A stretch of DNA of 64,000 nucleotides, taken from an uncultured Aquimarina sp. Its GTDB lineage: Bacteria > Bacteroidota > Bacteroidia > Flavobacteriales > Flavobacteriaceae. The stretch covers positions 23,385 through 87,384 of the forward strand of contig CALGLV010000012.1 in NCBI GenBank assembly GCA_937958985.1, read 5' to 3'. The notes below the pieces were generated by a model. The model was not told the origin of the DNA, made no database searches, and saw nothing but the letters and a program-made list of their open reading frames with translations. Positions 1 to 10,769 of the stretch are shown piece by piece. A program made the position numbers and the translations under genes. Each line of letters begins with the position of its first letter. Position 1 is the first letter of the stretch.

Positions 1-512
1 GGTCCAATTTTTTTATCACCATCGGGCGTACGAAGCGCATCCATGGCAATTTCTAACTTGGTATCTAGTTCCCAAGCATTGGCAGCATCTATTTCATCTT
101 GCAATACTGCCTGGCGCGCCATAAGCTTTTCCATTTTATCAGCATCACTATATACTTCCTCTAACCCAAATTGGTCGTTAATAGAATTATACTCATCTAA
201 AATTGCTACAATTTCTGCAGCTCCCTCTTTAACAACCTCCAAAACTGTTTTTTCTGGATCTAACTGAGGTTCTTGTTCTAAGTAACCAACACTGTAGTCT
301 TGCGAAAAAACAACATCTCCTTGAAAATTTTTATCTACTCCAGCAATTATTTTCAATAAGGTAGATTTACCCGATCCGTTAAGACCTAAAATTCCAATTT
401 TAGCTCCATAAAAAAAGCTTAAATGAATATTTTTAAGCACGGGTGTATTTGCTCCTTTATGGGTTTTAGTAACCCCTGACATTGAGAAAATTATTTTCTT
501 ATCGTCTGACAT
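1..512 (-). CDS. ettA: Energy-dependent translational throttle ABC-F ATPase, N-terminal part (runs off the window start)
   Basis: Hand translation from ATG at 512: MSDDKKIIFSMSGV...LSFFYGAKIGILGLNGSGKSTLLKIIAG...GYLEQEPQLD, with Walker A and an EttA-type N-terminus. Not in the ORF track. Confidence 0.9.
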   Translation of the reverse strand, partial: MSDDKKIIFSMSGVTKTHKGANTPVLKNIHLSFFYGAKIGILGLNGSGKSTLLKIIAGVDKNFQGDVVFSQDYSVGYLEQEPQLDPEKTVLEVVKEGAAEIVAILDEYNSINDQFGLEEVYSDADKMEKLMARQAVLQDEIDAANAWELDTKLEIAMDALRTPDGDKKIG

Positions 513-733
513 TTTTATTGTTTTGATTAAATTTTACTCTTTTACAAATTTACGAGTATAAGTTTTATCTCCCATTATAATTTTAAGAATATAATATAAA
601 TACCTTTTTATGATCTTAATTTTTATTTAAAACATAAGTGTATATAGAAATTTCATTTTTCACATTTTATTATGACAGCTTCTAAAATGTAAAACCCGTA
701 GCTTTTTGTATTTTCGTCTCTTAAATTTAATTC

Positions 734-2362
734 ATGAATATCACTTTCAACAAAAACGAAGACTACAACAAGCAACTAGCCTCTGATTTACGAACTAAAT
801 TGGTTAAAGTAGGTTTAGGTGGTGGAAAAAAACGTGTTGAAAAATTACATAGTAAAGGAAAACTAACGGCTCGTGAGCGCATTGACTACTTACTTGATAG
901 TAACTCTAAAAACGTTGAAATTGGTGCCTTTGCTGGTGAAGAAATGTATGCTGAATATGGAGGATGCCCTAGCGGAGGTGTTATTGTTAAAATAGGATAT
1001 ATTCATAAAAAACAATGTATTGTAGTTGCTAATGATGCAACAGTTAAAGCGGGTGCTTGGTTTCCTATAACAGCTAAAAAAAATCTGCGTGCTCAGGAAA
1101 TTGCCATGGAAAATAATTTACCAATTATATATTTGGTAGATAGTGCAGGTGCTTTTTTACCCTTGCAAGATGAAGTTTTTCCTGATAAAGACCACTTTGG
1201 TAGAATTTTTAGAAATAATGCTAAAATGAGTAGCCTAGGAATAACACAAATTGCTGCAGTAATGGGAAGTTGTGTTGCTGGTGGTGCTTACTTACCTATT
1301 ATGAGTGATGAAGCACTAATTGTTGATAAAACAGGAAGTATTTTTTTAGCAGGGAGTTATTTAGTTAAAGCTGCTATTGGCGAAAATATTGATAACGAAA
1401 CTTTAGGTGGAGCCACTACGCATTGTGAAATTTCGGGGGTTACCGATTACAAAGCAGCCAATGATAAGGATGCTTTAGATAAAATTAAAAATATAATTTC
1501 AAAAATCGGAGATCCTGAATCTGCAGGCTTTAATAGAATAGAAGCCACTAAACCGAAGCAAATAGAAGAAGAGATTTTTGGCCTACTCCCTAAAGAAAGA
1601 AACAAGCCCTACGATATGCTACCTATTATAGAGCGATTGGTAGACGATTCGGACTTTGAACAGTATAAAAAAGATTTCGGAAAGACTTTATTAACGGGTT
1701 ATGCCAGAATTGATGGTTGGGCTGTTGGTATTGTTGCTAATCAACGATTAGTTACTAAAAATGCTAAGGGAGAAATGCAAGTTGGTGGGGTAATTTATTC
1801 TGAAGCTGCAGATAAAGCAGCTCGATTTATAAGTAATTGCAACCAAAAAAAGATTCCATTACTCTTTATACAGGATGTAACAGGTTTTATGGTTGGTAGC
1901 CAAAGTGAACATAATGGAATTATAAAAGATGGTGCTAAAATGGTACAAGCTATGGCAAATAGTGTGGTACCTAAATTTACTGTAATTATTGGAAATTCTT
2001 ATGGAGCGGGTAATTATGCCATGTGTGGTAAAGCTTATGACCCTAGGTTAATTTTTGCTTGGCCAAGTGCAGAACTCGCTGTAATGGGCGGAGCTCAAGC
2101 AGCTAAAGTATTACTTCAAATAGAAAAAGCATCTTTAAAAGCTAAGGGTAAAGAAATTACACCCGAAGTTGAAGCAACACTTTTTAATACTATTAAATCG
2201 AAATACGATAAACAAACCTCTCCTTATTACGCCGCTGCGCGTCTTTGGACCGATGCAGTTATTAATCCGTTAGATACTCGAAAATGGATTAGTATGGGTA
2301 TTGAAGCTGCTAATCAATCTCCCATTAAAGAGCGCTACAATATTGGTGTAAGTCAGGTTTAA
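734..2362 (+). CDS. Acyl-CoA carboxylase carboxyltransferase beta subunit (methylcrotonyl/propionyl-CoA type)
   Basis: GKLTARERI, VANDATVKAG, GSCVAGGAY and GNSYGAGNYAMCG motifs. Confidence 0.9.
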   Translation: MNITFNKNEDYNKQLASDLRTKLVKVGLGGGKKRVEKLHSKGKLTARERIDYLLDSNSKNVEIGAFAGEEMYAEYGGCPSGGVIVKIGYIHKKQCIVVANDATVKAGAWFPITAKKNLRAQEIAMENNLPIIYLVDSAGAFLPLQDEVFPDKDHFGRIFRNNAKMSSLGITQIAAVMGSCVAGGAYLPIMSDEALIVDKTGSIFLAGSYLVKAAIGENIDNETLGGATTHCEISGVTDYKAANDKDALDKIKNIISKIGDPESAGFNRIEATKPKQIEEEIFGLLPKERNKPYDMLPIIERLVDDSDFEQYKKDFGKTLLTGYARIDGWAVGIVANQRLVTKNAKGEMQVGGVIYSEAADKAARFISNCNQKKIPLLFIQDVTGFMVGSQSEHNGIIKDGAKMVQAMANSVVPKFTVIIGNSYGAGNYAMCGKAYDPRLIFAWPSAELAVMGGAQAAKVLLQIEKASLKAKGKEITPEVEATLFNTIKSKYDKQTSPYYAAARLWTDAVINPLDTRKWISMGIEAANQSPIKERYNIGVSQV

Positions 2363-2374
2363 TAAGTTTATATT

Positions 2375-2419
2375 CGATTCAATTCCTTTTTAATTATTTA
2401 TTAAAAAGGAATTGAATCG
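2375..2419. terminator. 20-bp perfect inverted repeat between convergent genes, probable bidirectional terminator
   Basis: cgattcaattcctttttaat-tattt-attaaaaaggaattgaatcg. Confidence 0.65.
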
Positions 2420-2425
2420 TTTAAA

Positions 2426-4420
2426 TTATAAGAAGAAATTCCAAACCAAACCAAAACGAATTAGAAAATCTCGTGTAGGTGTATTTAAAGTTAACAAATC
2501 TTTGTTTTGCTCAAAAATATGCTGTGCGTTTTCTAATTTCAGAAAAATTCGAGTTTGCCTTACTTTTGCATTTAAGAAAATATCAACTAGTGGTTCTCCT
2601 CCAAATTGTTGTGAATTTTGTGTAAAGCTTTCACCTAACAAAGGATCGAACCCATCAACATTGTATTTAGAGTAAAACTTTAACGTTGCTCCTAATTGCA
2701 TAAAAAGTGCTTTCTTATTAAAGAACTCATTTTCGTAATACAATGTATTTCGAGTAACTAAAGAAGGAACATTATAAACCAAATTATCCGTATTACCTTC
2801 TACTTGTTGAAACAATACGGTATTCACCAAACTAAATTTACGGTACTTAAAAGTTCTAAATAATTTTAATTTTAATAATTGTAAACTTTCATTAGCTTGG
2901 AAAGCTCTGGTTTGAAAAAGGCTTTCTTCCCCCGTGGTAACATTACTGCTATTTGATTGACCTGAAGAAAAATAAGTATAATTATTAATATTTGATACCG
3001 TTAATTCTGCATCAAAAAAACGTCTTGATTTGATATTTGCAATTAATGAATTTGTTACGGTATTACTAAAATCATTAAACCAATTGTACTGAATATAATT
3101 ACTTTGATTTATTAATTTATTTATTTCAGGAGCTTCTGACGTTATTTTATAACCAACGTTTACAGCAATTTCATCTCTAAAATTATACCCCGCAGTACCA
3201 TAAAAAAATTGATTTTTATAATCGCCTGTAAAAGTAGATTCTATATTTGCCTTTAACTTAAATCCCTTATAAGAATTGCGATAGTTACCTGTTACTCCAA
3301 ATACATTATCCGTAATTTGGTTAGGTATTACTTGTGAATCTATTTCTATTATTGAATTATAGCTATAGTTAAAAAAACTATTTTTAACCCTAAAATCAAC
3401 CGATCCTAGATATGGATTCTCATATCGTAACCCTATACTGTTTTCTAAGTAATTTAATTCATTTTTATCTCTAAAAGCGCCTGTACGTTGTGATTCGCCA
3501 AATATATTAGTAGTTGAATTTGTTTGTTCAAATGTAAATTCTTTTACACTACTATTAAATGTATGGGCTATTGATAATTGATTGTTTTGTAAAGTATCTT
3601 TTTTAATAATTCGGTATTCATGGTCTATATAAAAACGTTTTCCTTCTAAAGCGTTCTCAGCATTAGAAAGATTATTACTTAAAACAGATCGCCTATCAAA
3701 ATCAGTTTCTCCCGAAGTAAAATCTATTTCAGATTGCGTTGATAAACCTCCATTTTCCTCATTTTCAAAAGATTGATCTACAAAATGTAAATTTGCTACA
3801 TAACGCTTGTTTGGTAATTGGTAGCTCAAAGTACCTCTAAAAGCCTTAGTACTTGTAAGTTCGTTTCTGTAATCACCTAACGACCTTACCCCCTTATAAG
3901 CTATCGAAAAATTTAAATTAGGAGATGTATTAACGGTTAAGAAGGCATCCAATTGTTGCCCCTGCTCTAAAACTGTTTTGTAATACAAATCAGTTAACGG
4001 TGTAGGAACATTGTAATAACTGATATCTTCTTTATTAAAAAAACCAAAATGCCGAGCTCTTGATCCAAATTTAGGAAAAGCTCTAAAATTAGACTCTTGC
4101 TTCGCTAATTCTACATATGAAGCTCCTACATTTACAAATGATACCAATTCAAAATTATCTTTTCGTAAATAATTAAATTTATATTCTTTGTTTATAGATT
4201 GAGTGGTATCTATGTAAGTTGTATCTCTTTCATGGCTAATAATTTTATACCATTCTATGGGTGCTCTTTTTATCTTTTCTTTAGGCGAAGAAAAATTTCT
4301 TTTTGAATCACCTTCTGATTTGTCAGAGTTATTATTGCCTCTACTAATAGTACGCGATTGACCGTGTAGATTTATACTACAAAAAGCCAGTGTAATTAAA
4401 ATAAAAAGTAAACGTTTCAT
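2426..4420 (-). CDS. Putative outer-membrane porin / beta-barrel (Bacteroidota putative porin family)
   Basis: Signal peptide, YYNVPTPLTDLYY motif, C-terminal IRFGLVWNFF barrel signal. Confidence 0.75.
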   Translation of the reverse strand: MKRLLFILITLAFCSINLHGQSRTISRGNNNSDKSEGDSKRNFSSPKEKIKRAPIEWYKIISHERDTTYIDTTQSINKEYKFNYLRKDNFELVSFVNVGASYVELAKQESNFRAFPKFGSRARHFGFFNKEDISYYNVPTPLTDLYYKTVLEQGQQLDAFLTVNTSPNLNFSIAYKGVRSLGDYRNELTSTKAFRGTLSYQLPNKRYVANLHFVDQSFENEENGGLSTQSEIDFTSGETDFDRRSVLSNNLSNAENALEGKRFYIDHEYRIIKKDTLQNNQLSIAHTFNSSVKEFTFEQTNSTTNIFGESQRTGAFRDKNELNYLENSIGLRYENPYLGSVDFRVKNSFFNYSYNSIIEIDSQVIPNQITDNVFGVTGNYRNSYKGFKLKANIESTFTGDYKNQFFYGTAGYNFRDEIAVNVGYKITSEAPEINKLINQSNYIQYNWFNDFSNTVTNSLIANIKSRRFFDAELTVSNINNYTYFSSGQSNSSNVTTGEESLFQTRAFQANESLQLLKLKLFRTFKYRKFSLVNTVLFQQVEGNTDNLVYNVPSLVTRNTLYYENEFFNKKALFMQLGATLKFYSKYNVDGFDPLLGESFTQNSQQFGGEPLVDIFLNAKVRQTRIFLKLENAQHIFEQNKDLLTLNTPTRDFLIRFGLVWNFFL

Positions 4421-4495
4421 TAAAAAAATTATGATAGCAAAAATATGTTTTTTTATTTTAGAACGTTGCTATAAAATACTAACGATATTTGTTTT

Positions 4496-5095
4496 ATGCT
4501 ATTACTAAAAAAACACCTTAATTTATTAGAATGTGGTACAGATGAAGCTGGCCGTGGTTGTTTAAGTGGCCCAGTTACTGCTGCTGCCGTGTTGTTACCC
4601 GACGATTTTTATCATCCAGACCTTAATGACTCTAAAAAACTCACCGAACGTAAACGTGAAATGTTACGACCTATTATAGAAAAAGAAGCTATATCGTTCG
4701 CAGTTACTCATGTATTTATGGATGAGATTGAAAAAATAAATATTTTACAAGCTTCCATAACAGCAATGCAACGCTCCATATTGAAATTAACACCTAAACC
4801 AGAGTTTATACTCGTAGATGGAAATAAATTTAATGAGTTGTCCTCGATACCTCATGAATGCATTGTTAAAGGTGATGGTAAATATGTAAATATTGCAGCA
4901 GCATCCATTTTGGCAAAAACGTATAGAGATGAGTATATGCTAAAAATACATAGCGAATTTCCTGAATACGGTTGGAATAAAAATAAAGGATATCCAACAA
5001 AAGCGCATCGTAAGGCAATTTTTGAGTATGGAGCTACAAAATACCACCGTATGGGCTTTAAATTGTTACCCGACACACATACTTTTGAGTTGTAA
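4496..5095 (+). CDS. rnhB: Ribonuclease HII
   Basis: [19 protein letters not shown] and IAAASILAK motifs. Confidence 0.95.
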   Translation: MLLLKKHLNLLECGTDEAGRGCLSGPVTAAAVLLPDDFYHPDLNDSKKLTERKREMLRPIIEKEAISFAVTHVFMDEIEKINILQASITAMQRSILKLTPKPEFILVDGNKFNELSSIPHECIVKGDGKYVNIAAASILAKTYRDEYMLKIHSEFPEYGWNKNKGYPTKAHRKAIFEYGATKYHRMGFKLLPDTHTFEL

Positions 5096-5164
5096 GGCTA
5101 TTATACTTCTTTAAGTGGTTTAGTATATCTACTTTTGCAATGTGTTAATTATTATTGTTTTTCA

Positions 5165-7639
5165 ATGAACTATTTTTTCTCTTTTTTTTGTGTTTTATTT
5201 ATAGTATCGTGTAGTAATACATCCCAAAAAAACAAATCGAAATTACCTTTTTTACCTAATGAAGCTAGTATTATTTTTAAAGTTAACGATCTTGAAAAAG
5301 TACGTTCATTACTAAAAAACAATTCTCTTTTACAGCAAAATAAAAACAATGGGCTTTATTCCTATTTTAATAGTTTAGAACCCTTTAAAACAGTAAATTT
5401 TTCTGATCTTGAACTGTATATTACCTTTTCCCCTCTTGGAAAAAACGATTTTGGTATTTCCTTAATTTTAGATGCTGATAAAGCTTCTGCTATAGATTTT
5501 ACTTCTTACTATTTAACCGATCGTACGTATAATAACTTTTTATATAAAGAATATAAAATAAATAATACATCGTTGTTTGGTGCACAACTTAATAGATCAT
5601 GGGTATTTAGTGATGATTATTTATTAATTGAAAACCATATAAAGCAATTTGAAAATTCAATCCCATACAAACACACAGAAGCATTTCAAAGTTTAACTAA
5701 TGAGTCCGTTTCTTTAGTGCTTATAAATTCTGAATTAGAAGATATTAGCAACCGTTTGTTTCCTAATTTATCGGACGAACTTAAATTACAAAAAAAAGCT
5801 ACAGGGTGGATTGCAGGCGATTTCAATATTGAAAAAAATAGTTTAAGCTATAATGCTATTTACAGGCCTGAGGGAGCTAAAGATATTACGAGTATTTTTG
5901 AGAATCTTACTCCTCAAAGTAATCAAATGGCCGAAGTTACTCCTTATAATGCACAACGTTTTTCTTCCATTACCTTCGATGATTATGAAACACTATCGCA
6001 AAATCTATTAAGATTTAATAACAAAAAAAGAACTGCTAAGGCTACTAAAATAGATGAATTACTTGCCGAAGTTGTAGAGTTTGGTACGATTAAGCTTTCT
6101 AAAAGCAACTTATTCGCTTGTCGCATACCCGATGAGAATATTGAAGTTTCTGCTTATCTTGATTTTGAAAAAAAAGCTTCTTTATATCGAGGAATATCAA
6201 TATTTAAATTAGATAACACTATTAATTTTGGCGCACTATTGGAACCTCTTATAACTAATCAACAAGTAGCCTATTTCATTCACTTTAATGAGTTTTTATT
6301 GTTTTCAGATTCCATAGAACATATTAAAAAGATAATCCCTTTTCTAAAAAGCAACAATACATTATCTTATAAAAACTGGTATCAAACCTTTACCAATCAA
6401 CTTACAGCTGAAAGTTCTTTATTGTCGGTTTTTGATACCGAATATGCAAACAATCAACTAGAAAACACATTATCCAATTCACTTCAAAAAAAATGGGGTA
6501 AAACAACTTTTAAAGATTACAAAGTAGCCGCTCTTCAAATGGTAAATGAAGAAAATTTTTCACACTTGCATTTGACTGCCTCAAAAAACATCGATAAACA
6601 AAAAGATTTTGTAGTTAATGAAACTGAAAATGTAATTTTATCCTCTAACCTTTTATCGAATCCACAATTTGTAACCAACTATATTAATAAAACTAAGGAT
6701 ATTGCAGTACAAGACGTTGAGAATAACCTAAACATACTAACAAATAAAGGAGAGTTGAAATGGAGTAAACAAATTGAATCCCCTATTTTAGGCACAATTC
6801 AGCAGATAGACATCTATAGAAATGGACGTTTACAATATCTTTTTAATACAGCAACAAAATTGTACGTTGTAGACCGTAATGGAAAAGATGTAGCTCCTTT
6901 TCCTTTAAGTTTTGGTATACCATTAACTCAACCCGTGGCTTTATTTGATTATGATAATAATCGTAAATATCGAATGCTATTAACTCAGAATTCAATATTA
7001 ACTATGTATGATAGTAACGGGAAAAAAGTTAGTGGATTTAAGTTTAAAAACAAATTAAACGGTACTATAACTCACCCTCCAAAGCATGTGAGAGTAGGCA
7101 AAAAAGATTATATTGTTGTTAATGAATCTAATAGTGGCGTACATTTTTTAAATAGAACAGGTAAAACCCGCTTAAAGCCCAATAAAACACCAAAACAGAC
7201 CTCACAAGAATGGTTTTGGTATGCTAATGCTTTTTGTACGTTGAACGAAAACAACACTATTACGCAAGTTAAAACAGACAATACAGTAAGTTATTTACCC
7301 TCAAAACTTAAACTCAAAAATGCAATTGCAACAGCTACCACTAAAACTTGGGTTAGCTTTATTGAAAATACCTTAAGTATTAAAAATAATATTGTGGAGT
7401 TAGAATATGGAAGGTATACAGCACCCAATATTTATTTAGTAAATAATAAAATTTATGTTACTATAACTAATATGGATACTAAAAAAGTTTACTTATTTGA
7501 CAGTACTGCAAAACCTATAAAAGGGTTTCCTGTATTTGGCACAGGCGAGGCCGCTATTGAAAATGCCGATAAAGACGCTAACTTAGAACTTATTGTAAAA
7601 GGAGATGAAAACTCTATTTTATTTTATGAATTTAGATAG
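5165..7639 (+). CDS. Large conserved lipoprotein of unknown function, probable C-terminal beta-propeller
   Basis: FIVS-C lipobox. The track's TTG start at 5135 lies inside a TACTTTTG promoter element, so ATG 5165 is preferred. Confidence 0.6.
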   Translation: MNYFFSFFCVLFIVSCSNTSQKNKSKLPFLPNEASIIFKVNDLEKVRSLLKNNSLLQQNKNNGLYSYFNSLEPFKTVNFSDLELYITFSPLGKNDFGISLILDADKASAIDFTSYYLTDRTYNNFLYKEYKINNTSLFGAQLNRSWVFSDDYLLIENHIKQFENSIPYKHTEAFQSLTNESVSLVLINSELEDISNRLFPNLSDELKLQKKATGWIAGDFNIEKNSLSYNAIYRPEGAKDITSIFENLTPQSNQMAEVTPYNAQRFSSITFDDYETLSQNLLRFNNKKRTAKATKIDELLAEVVEFGTIKLSKSNLFACRIPDENIEVSAYLDFEKKASLYRGISIFKLDNTINFGALLEPLITNQQVAYFIHFNEFLLFSDSIEHIKKIIPFLKSNNTLSYKNWYQTFTNQLTAESSLLSVFDTEYANNQLENTLSNSLQKKWGKTTFKDYKVAALQMVNEENFSHLHLTASKNIDKQKDFVVNETENVILSSNLLSNPQFVTNYINKTKDIAVQDVENNLNILTNKGELKWSKQIESPILGTIQQIDIYRNGRLQYLFNTATKLYVVDRNGKDVAPFPLSFGIPLTQPVALFDYDNNRKYRMLLTQNSILTMYDSNGKKVSGFKFKNKLNGTITHPPKHVRVGKKDYIVVNESNSGVHFLNRTGKTRLKPNKTPKQTSQEWFWYANAFCTLNENNTITQVKTDNTVSYLPSKLKLKNAIATATTKTWVSFIENTLSIKNNIVELEYGRYTAPNIYLVNNKIYVTITNMDTKKVYLFDSTAKPIKGFPVFGTGEAAIENADKDANLELIVKGDENSILFYEFR

Positions 7640-7675
7640 CTTTTATTTTTAAACAATTTCTCATTAAATAAAAGG

Positions 7676-7732
7676 TATAATAATAAATAACCCTCAGTAG
7701 TTTTAAACTACTGAGGGTTATTTATTATTATA
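7676..7732. terminator. Bidirectional intrinsic terminator (28-bp perfect arms)
   Basis: tataataataaataaccctcagtagttt-t-aaactactgagggttatttattattata between convergent genes. Confidence 0.8.
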
Positions 7733-7745
7733 TAAAATTAGAAAT

Positions 7746-8207
7746 TTACTTCTGTAAAGTAACTCTAACTGCATTCATTCCTTTCATCCCTCTTTCAAGT
7801 TCAAAAGTAACTTTATCATTTTCTGCAATTTCATCTATTAAACCACTTACGTGAGTAAAGTATTTTTCTTGATTTTCAGAATCAATAATAAATCCAAAAC
7901 CTTTAGAACTATCAAAAAACGAAACTTTACCTTTTCTTACCGGATCAATTTCTTCTTTTTCGCCAGGAAGTGTTTTTGGGATACTTATAGCAATATCTTC
8001 AAGCTCTACTTCTACTTTTTGTGATGGATCTGGAGGTGTACTTGTTAAATTCCCATTAAAATCAACATAAGCAAATTCAATACCTTTTTTTCCATTTTCT
8101 TTGGCGTCAAGCTTACGAGCTTCCATTTTCTTCCTCTTATCCTCACGTTTTTTTAAACGCTTTTTCTCTTTTTCACTTTTATTAAATGTTTGCTGGGATT
8201 TTGCCAT
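7746..8207 (-). CDS. Cold-shock domain protein with Lys/Arg-rich N-terminal extension
   Basis: GKVSFFDSSKGFGFI and YFTHVS (RNP1/RNP2) at the C-terminus. Confidence 0.9.
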   Translation of the reverse strand: MAKSQQTFNKSEKEKKRLKKREDKRKKMEARKLDAKENGKKGIEFAYVDFNGNLTSTPPDPSQKVEVELEDIAISIPKTLPGEKEEIDPVRKGKVSFFDSSKGFGFIIDSENQEKYFTHVSGLIDEIAENDKVTFELERGMKGMNAVRVTLQK

Positions 8208-8351
8208 TCTTGTATTGAAATGTATTATTATTTTTACAAAGATATTCCTTTCAATTTAAAAATAATAACTATTGGCACTACATTCCATAAATTATATACA
8301 AAATATTGGAAATCAGTTCATTTTATTATTTTAATAAATACCAAATAATGG

Positions 8352-9086
8352 TTAAAAAAGGCTATCATTGTTATTTAAAAGCAACTTTATGCTATCCTGC
8401 ATTTTTTTTGAAATCTTTATGTCACCTACTTTATTAAGATGTTCCATTCTGTGTGTATCGATCCCTACATAATCATACATATCCTCTTTAAGTAGGCGTT
8501 TAGCTATCTTTTGGATTTTACGACCATAATGATCTGTTAATGCTAACATGTTAAGTTGTAGCTTTACTCCATTCTTCTTTAAAGCATAGAACTTCTCAAA
8601 ATTATCTAAATAAAAAGAATACCTTTCAGGGTGTGCTAGTATAGGTTGGTAATTTTTTAATTGTAATTTATATAAAACCTCATTAAGATTATCCGATTCT
8701 CGCAAATAGGACATTTCAACCAAAATATGATTATTCTTATAAGTTAAAAGAGGTGAATTTGAATCTATCATAGCCTCAAACTCTGGATCAATCATATATT
8801 CACTGGCTGCTTTTATCTCAATGTCATTAATATTTTGGTTCTTTAATTCTGTATTTAATAAATTTAAAGCCGCTAAAATAGTTTTGTTTGTATTCGGATA
8901 ATAGTCGCTCATTGTATGAGGAGTAGCTATTATTTTTGAATAGCCTAACGCTCTATATTCGTTAATTAAACTTAAAGATGTATTTAAATCATCAGCACCA
9001 TCATCTATATTTGGCAAAACATGATTGTGCATGTCAACTGCATTTTCAAATAAAGAACTTAATTTAATTTTTTTTGAAAAAATCAT
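8352..9086 (-). CDS. CpsB/CapC-family PHP tyrosine-protein phosphatase
   Basis: DMHNHVLPNIDDGA, ATPH, LAHPERY and DTH motifs. Confidence 0.9.
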   Translation of the reverse strand: MIFSKKIKLSSLFENAVDMHNHVLPNIDDGADDLNTSLSLINEYRALGYSKIIATPHTMSDYYPNTNKTILAALNLLNTELKNQNINDIEIKAASEYMIDPEFEAMIDSNSPLLTYKNNHILVEMSYLRESDNLNEVLYKLQLKNYQPILAHPERYSFYLDNFEKFYALKKNGVKLQLNMLALTDHYGRKIQKIAKRLLKEDMYDYVGIDTHRMEHLNKVGDIKISKKMQDSIKLLLNNNDSLF

Positions 9087-9089
9087 ATG

Positions 9090-9809
9090 TTACTGTACTA
9101 TTTTTTTTGCTTTATTATAATCTTCAATAGTATCAATCCCTATTGCATTATGAGGAGTAAACACCATTTGTATTGCATATCCATTTTCTAATACACGAAG
9201 TTGTTCTAATTTTTCAGTTTCTTCTAAATAAGTGGGTTTCATTTTTGAAAACTGAAGTAAAAAATCTTTAGTGTACCCGTAAATTCCTAAATGTTTATAA
9301 TATTTTAGTTTTTCGAAGTTGATAAGATCCCTGTTATAAGGAATTACTGAACGCGAAAAACAAATTGCTTTTAAATTAATATCAGTTGTTACTTTAACAT
9401 TATTGAAGTCATTAAGTTCTACAGTCGTTTCTATAGGGCACATAGCGCTTACCATAGTGTTGTGTTCAACTTCTTTGGCTAATTTGGATATTAAATTAGG
9501 GTCAATAAATGGTTCATCTCCTTGTACATTAATAACAGCATCACAGTCAATTTTAGAAACTGCTTCGGCTATACGATCCGTACCCGATTGATGATTGCTA
9601 CTAGTAAGTAATACATTTGGTGTAAAATTAAGACAGTGATCCATAAGTTCAGGATGATCGACAGCGATATAAACTTCAGTAATCCCTTTTGCTTTTATAC
9701 ATTGCTCAAAAACTCTTTGTACAATACTTTTACCTCCTAAATCTAATAACAACTTATTGGGTAAACGTGACGACTTTAAACGAGCTGGTATTACAACAAC
9801 TGTATTCAT
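9090..9809 (-). CDS. kdsB: 3-deoxy-manno-octulosonate cytidylyltransferase
   Basis: IPARLKSSRLPNK, SGTDRIAE, NVQGDEP, EKLEQLR. Confidence 0.92.
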   Translation of the reverse strand: MNTVVVIPARLKSSRLPNKLLLDLGGKSIVQRVFEQCIKAKGITEVYIAVDHPELMDHCLNFTPNVLLTSSNHQSGTDRIAEAVSKIDCDAVINVQGDEPFIDPNLISKLAKEVEHNTMVSAMCPIETTVELNDFNNVKVTTDINLKAICFSRSVIPYNRDLINFEKLKYYKHLGIYGYTKDFLLQFSKMKPTYLEETEKLEQLRVLENGYAIQMVFTPHNAIGIDTIEDYNKAKKIVQ

Positions 9810-9815
9810 AATAAT

Positions 9816-10766
9816 TTATAAATTAATATCGTGGAGTTGAATTACACCTTCTAAAAAAGATACATCCCCTACTAATAGGCTCGTTATTTTTTTAGAATTC
9901 ATTATGTGTTTTGCATCAATTAACTTGGTTGATTTTGAAATAAACTTTGGTTTTACAGTCATTACATCCTTAGATTCTAAACTAAAAAAATGTTCTTTAG
10001 AGTTATTTATAGATCTTCTTAAATCACCATCTGTAATAACACCTTCAACATTAGTTTTACTCCCTACAATAGCTAAACCACAACGACCCGAATTTATTTT
10101 ATAAATTACCTCCTCTATAGTTGAATTTGCTTCTACAAAAGGTAAATCATCTGATTTCATAACATCTGAAACCACATCTAATAAACGCCTACCTATGTTA
10201 CCTCCTGGGTGTAATTTTGCAAAATTAGCCTCATTAATACCTTTACCCGACATTAATGCAATCATTAAAGCATCGCCTATAGCTAGAGTTAACATACTGG
10301 AGGTAGTTGGTGCTAAATTTAAAGGACACGCTTCTTCAAAATCTCCCATGTTTAAATGAACCGTAGAATGCTGTGCTAAAGTAGAATTCACTTTACTAGA
10401 TATTGACAGTAAAGGAATTTCTTCTTCTTTTATAAAGGGTAATAGTTTAATAATTTCAGCCGTTTCACCAGAGTTTGCTATCGCTAAAACCAAATCGTCC
10501 TTACTTAACATACCTAAATCACCATGAATAGCTTCTGAGGGATGTAAAAAAAAACTTGGAGTACCCGTGCTTGCAAATGAAGCTGATATTTTTCTACCAA
10601 TATGGCCTGATTTTCCAATACCCGTAACAACTACTTTACCTTTAATATGAAGCAATAACTCTATAGCTTTATTAAAATCATCACCAAGATTGTCAATTAA
10701 TCCTTTTAGAGCTTTTGTTTCAGTAGCAATTACTTGTTTAGCGATATGTAAATAATCTTTTTTCAG
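9816..10766 (-). CDS. kdsD: Arabinose-5-phosphate isomerase, KpsF/GutQ family (SIS + 2 CBS); probable CTG start
   Basis: GIGKSGHIG, HPSEAIHGDLG, APTTS, HPGG. The frame stays open upstream of the track start (10655) and encodes the typical N-terminal helices (KDYLHIAKQVIATETKAL...DFNKAIELL). Confidence 0.85.
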   Translation of the reverse strand: MKKDYLHIAKQVIATETKALKGLIDNLGDDFNKAIELLLHIKGKVVVTGIGKSGHIGRKISASFASTGTPSFFLHPSEAIHGDLGMLSKDDLVLAIANSGETAEIIKLLPFIKEEEIPLLSISSKVNSTLAQHSTVHLNMGDFEEACPLNLAPTTSSMLTLAIGDALMIALMSGKGINEANFAKLHPGGNIGRRLLDVVSDVMKSDDLPFVEANSTIEEVIYKINSGRCGLAIVGSKTNVEGVITDGDLRRSINNSKEHFFSLESKDVMTVKPKFISKSTKLIDAKHIMNSKKITSLLVGDVSFLEGVIQLHDINL

Positions 10767-10769
10767 AAC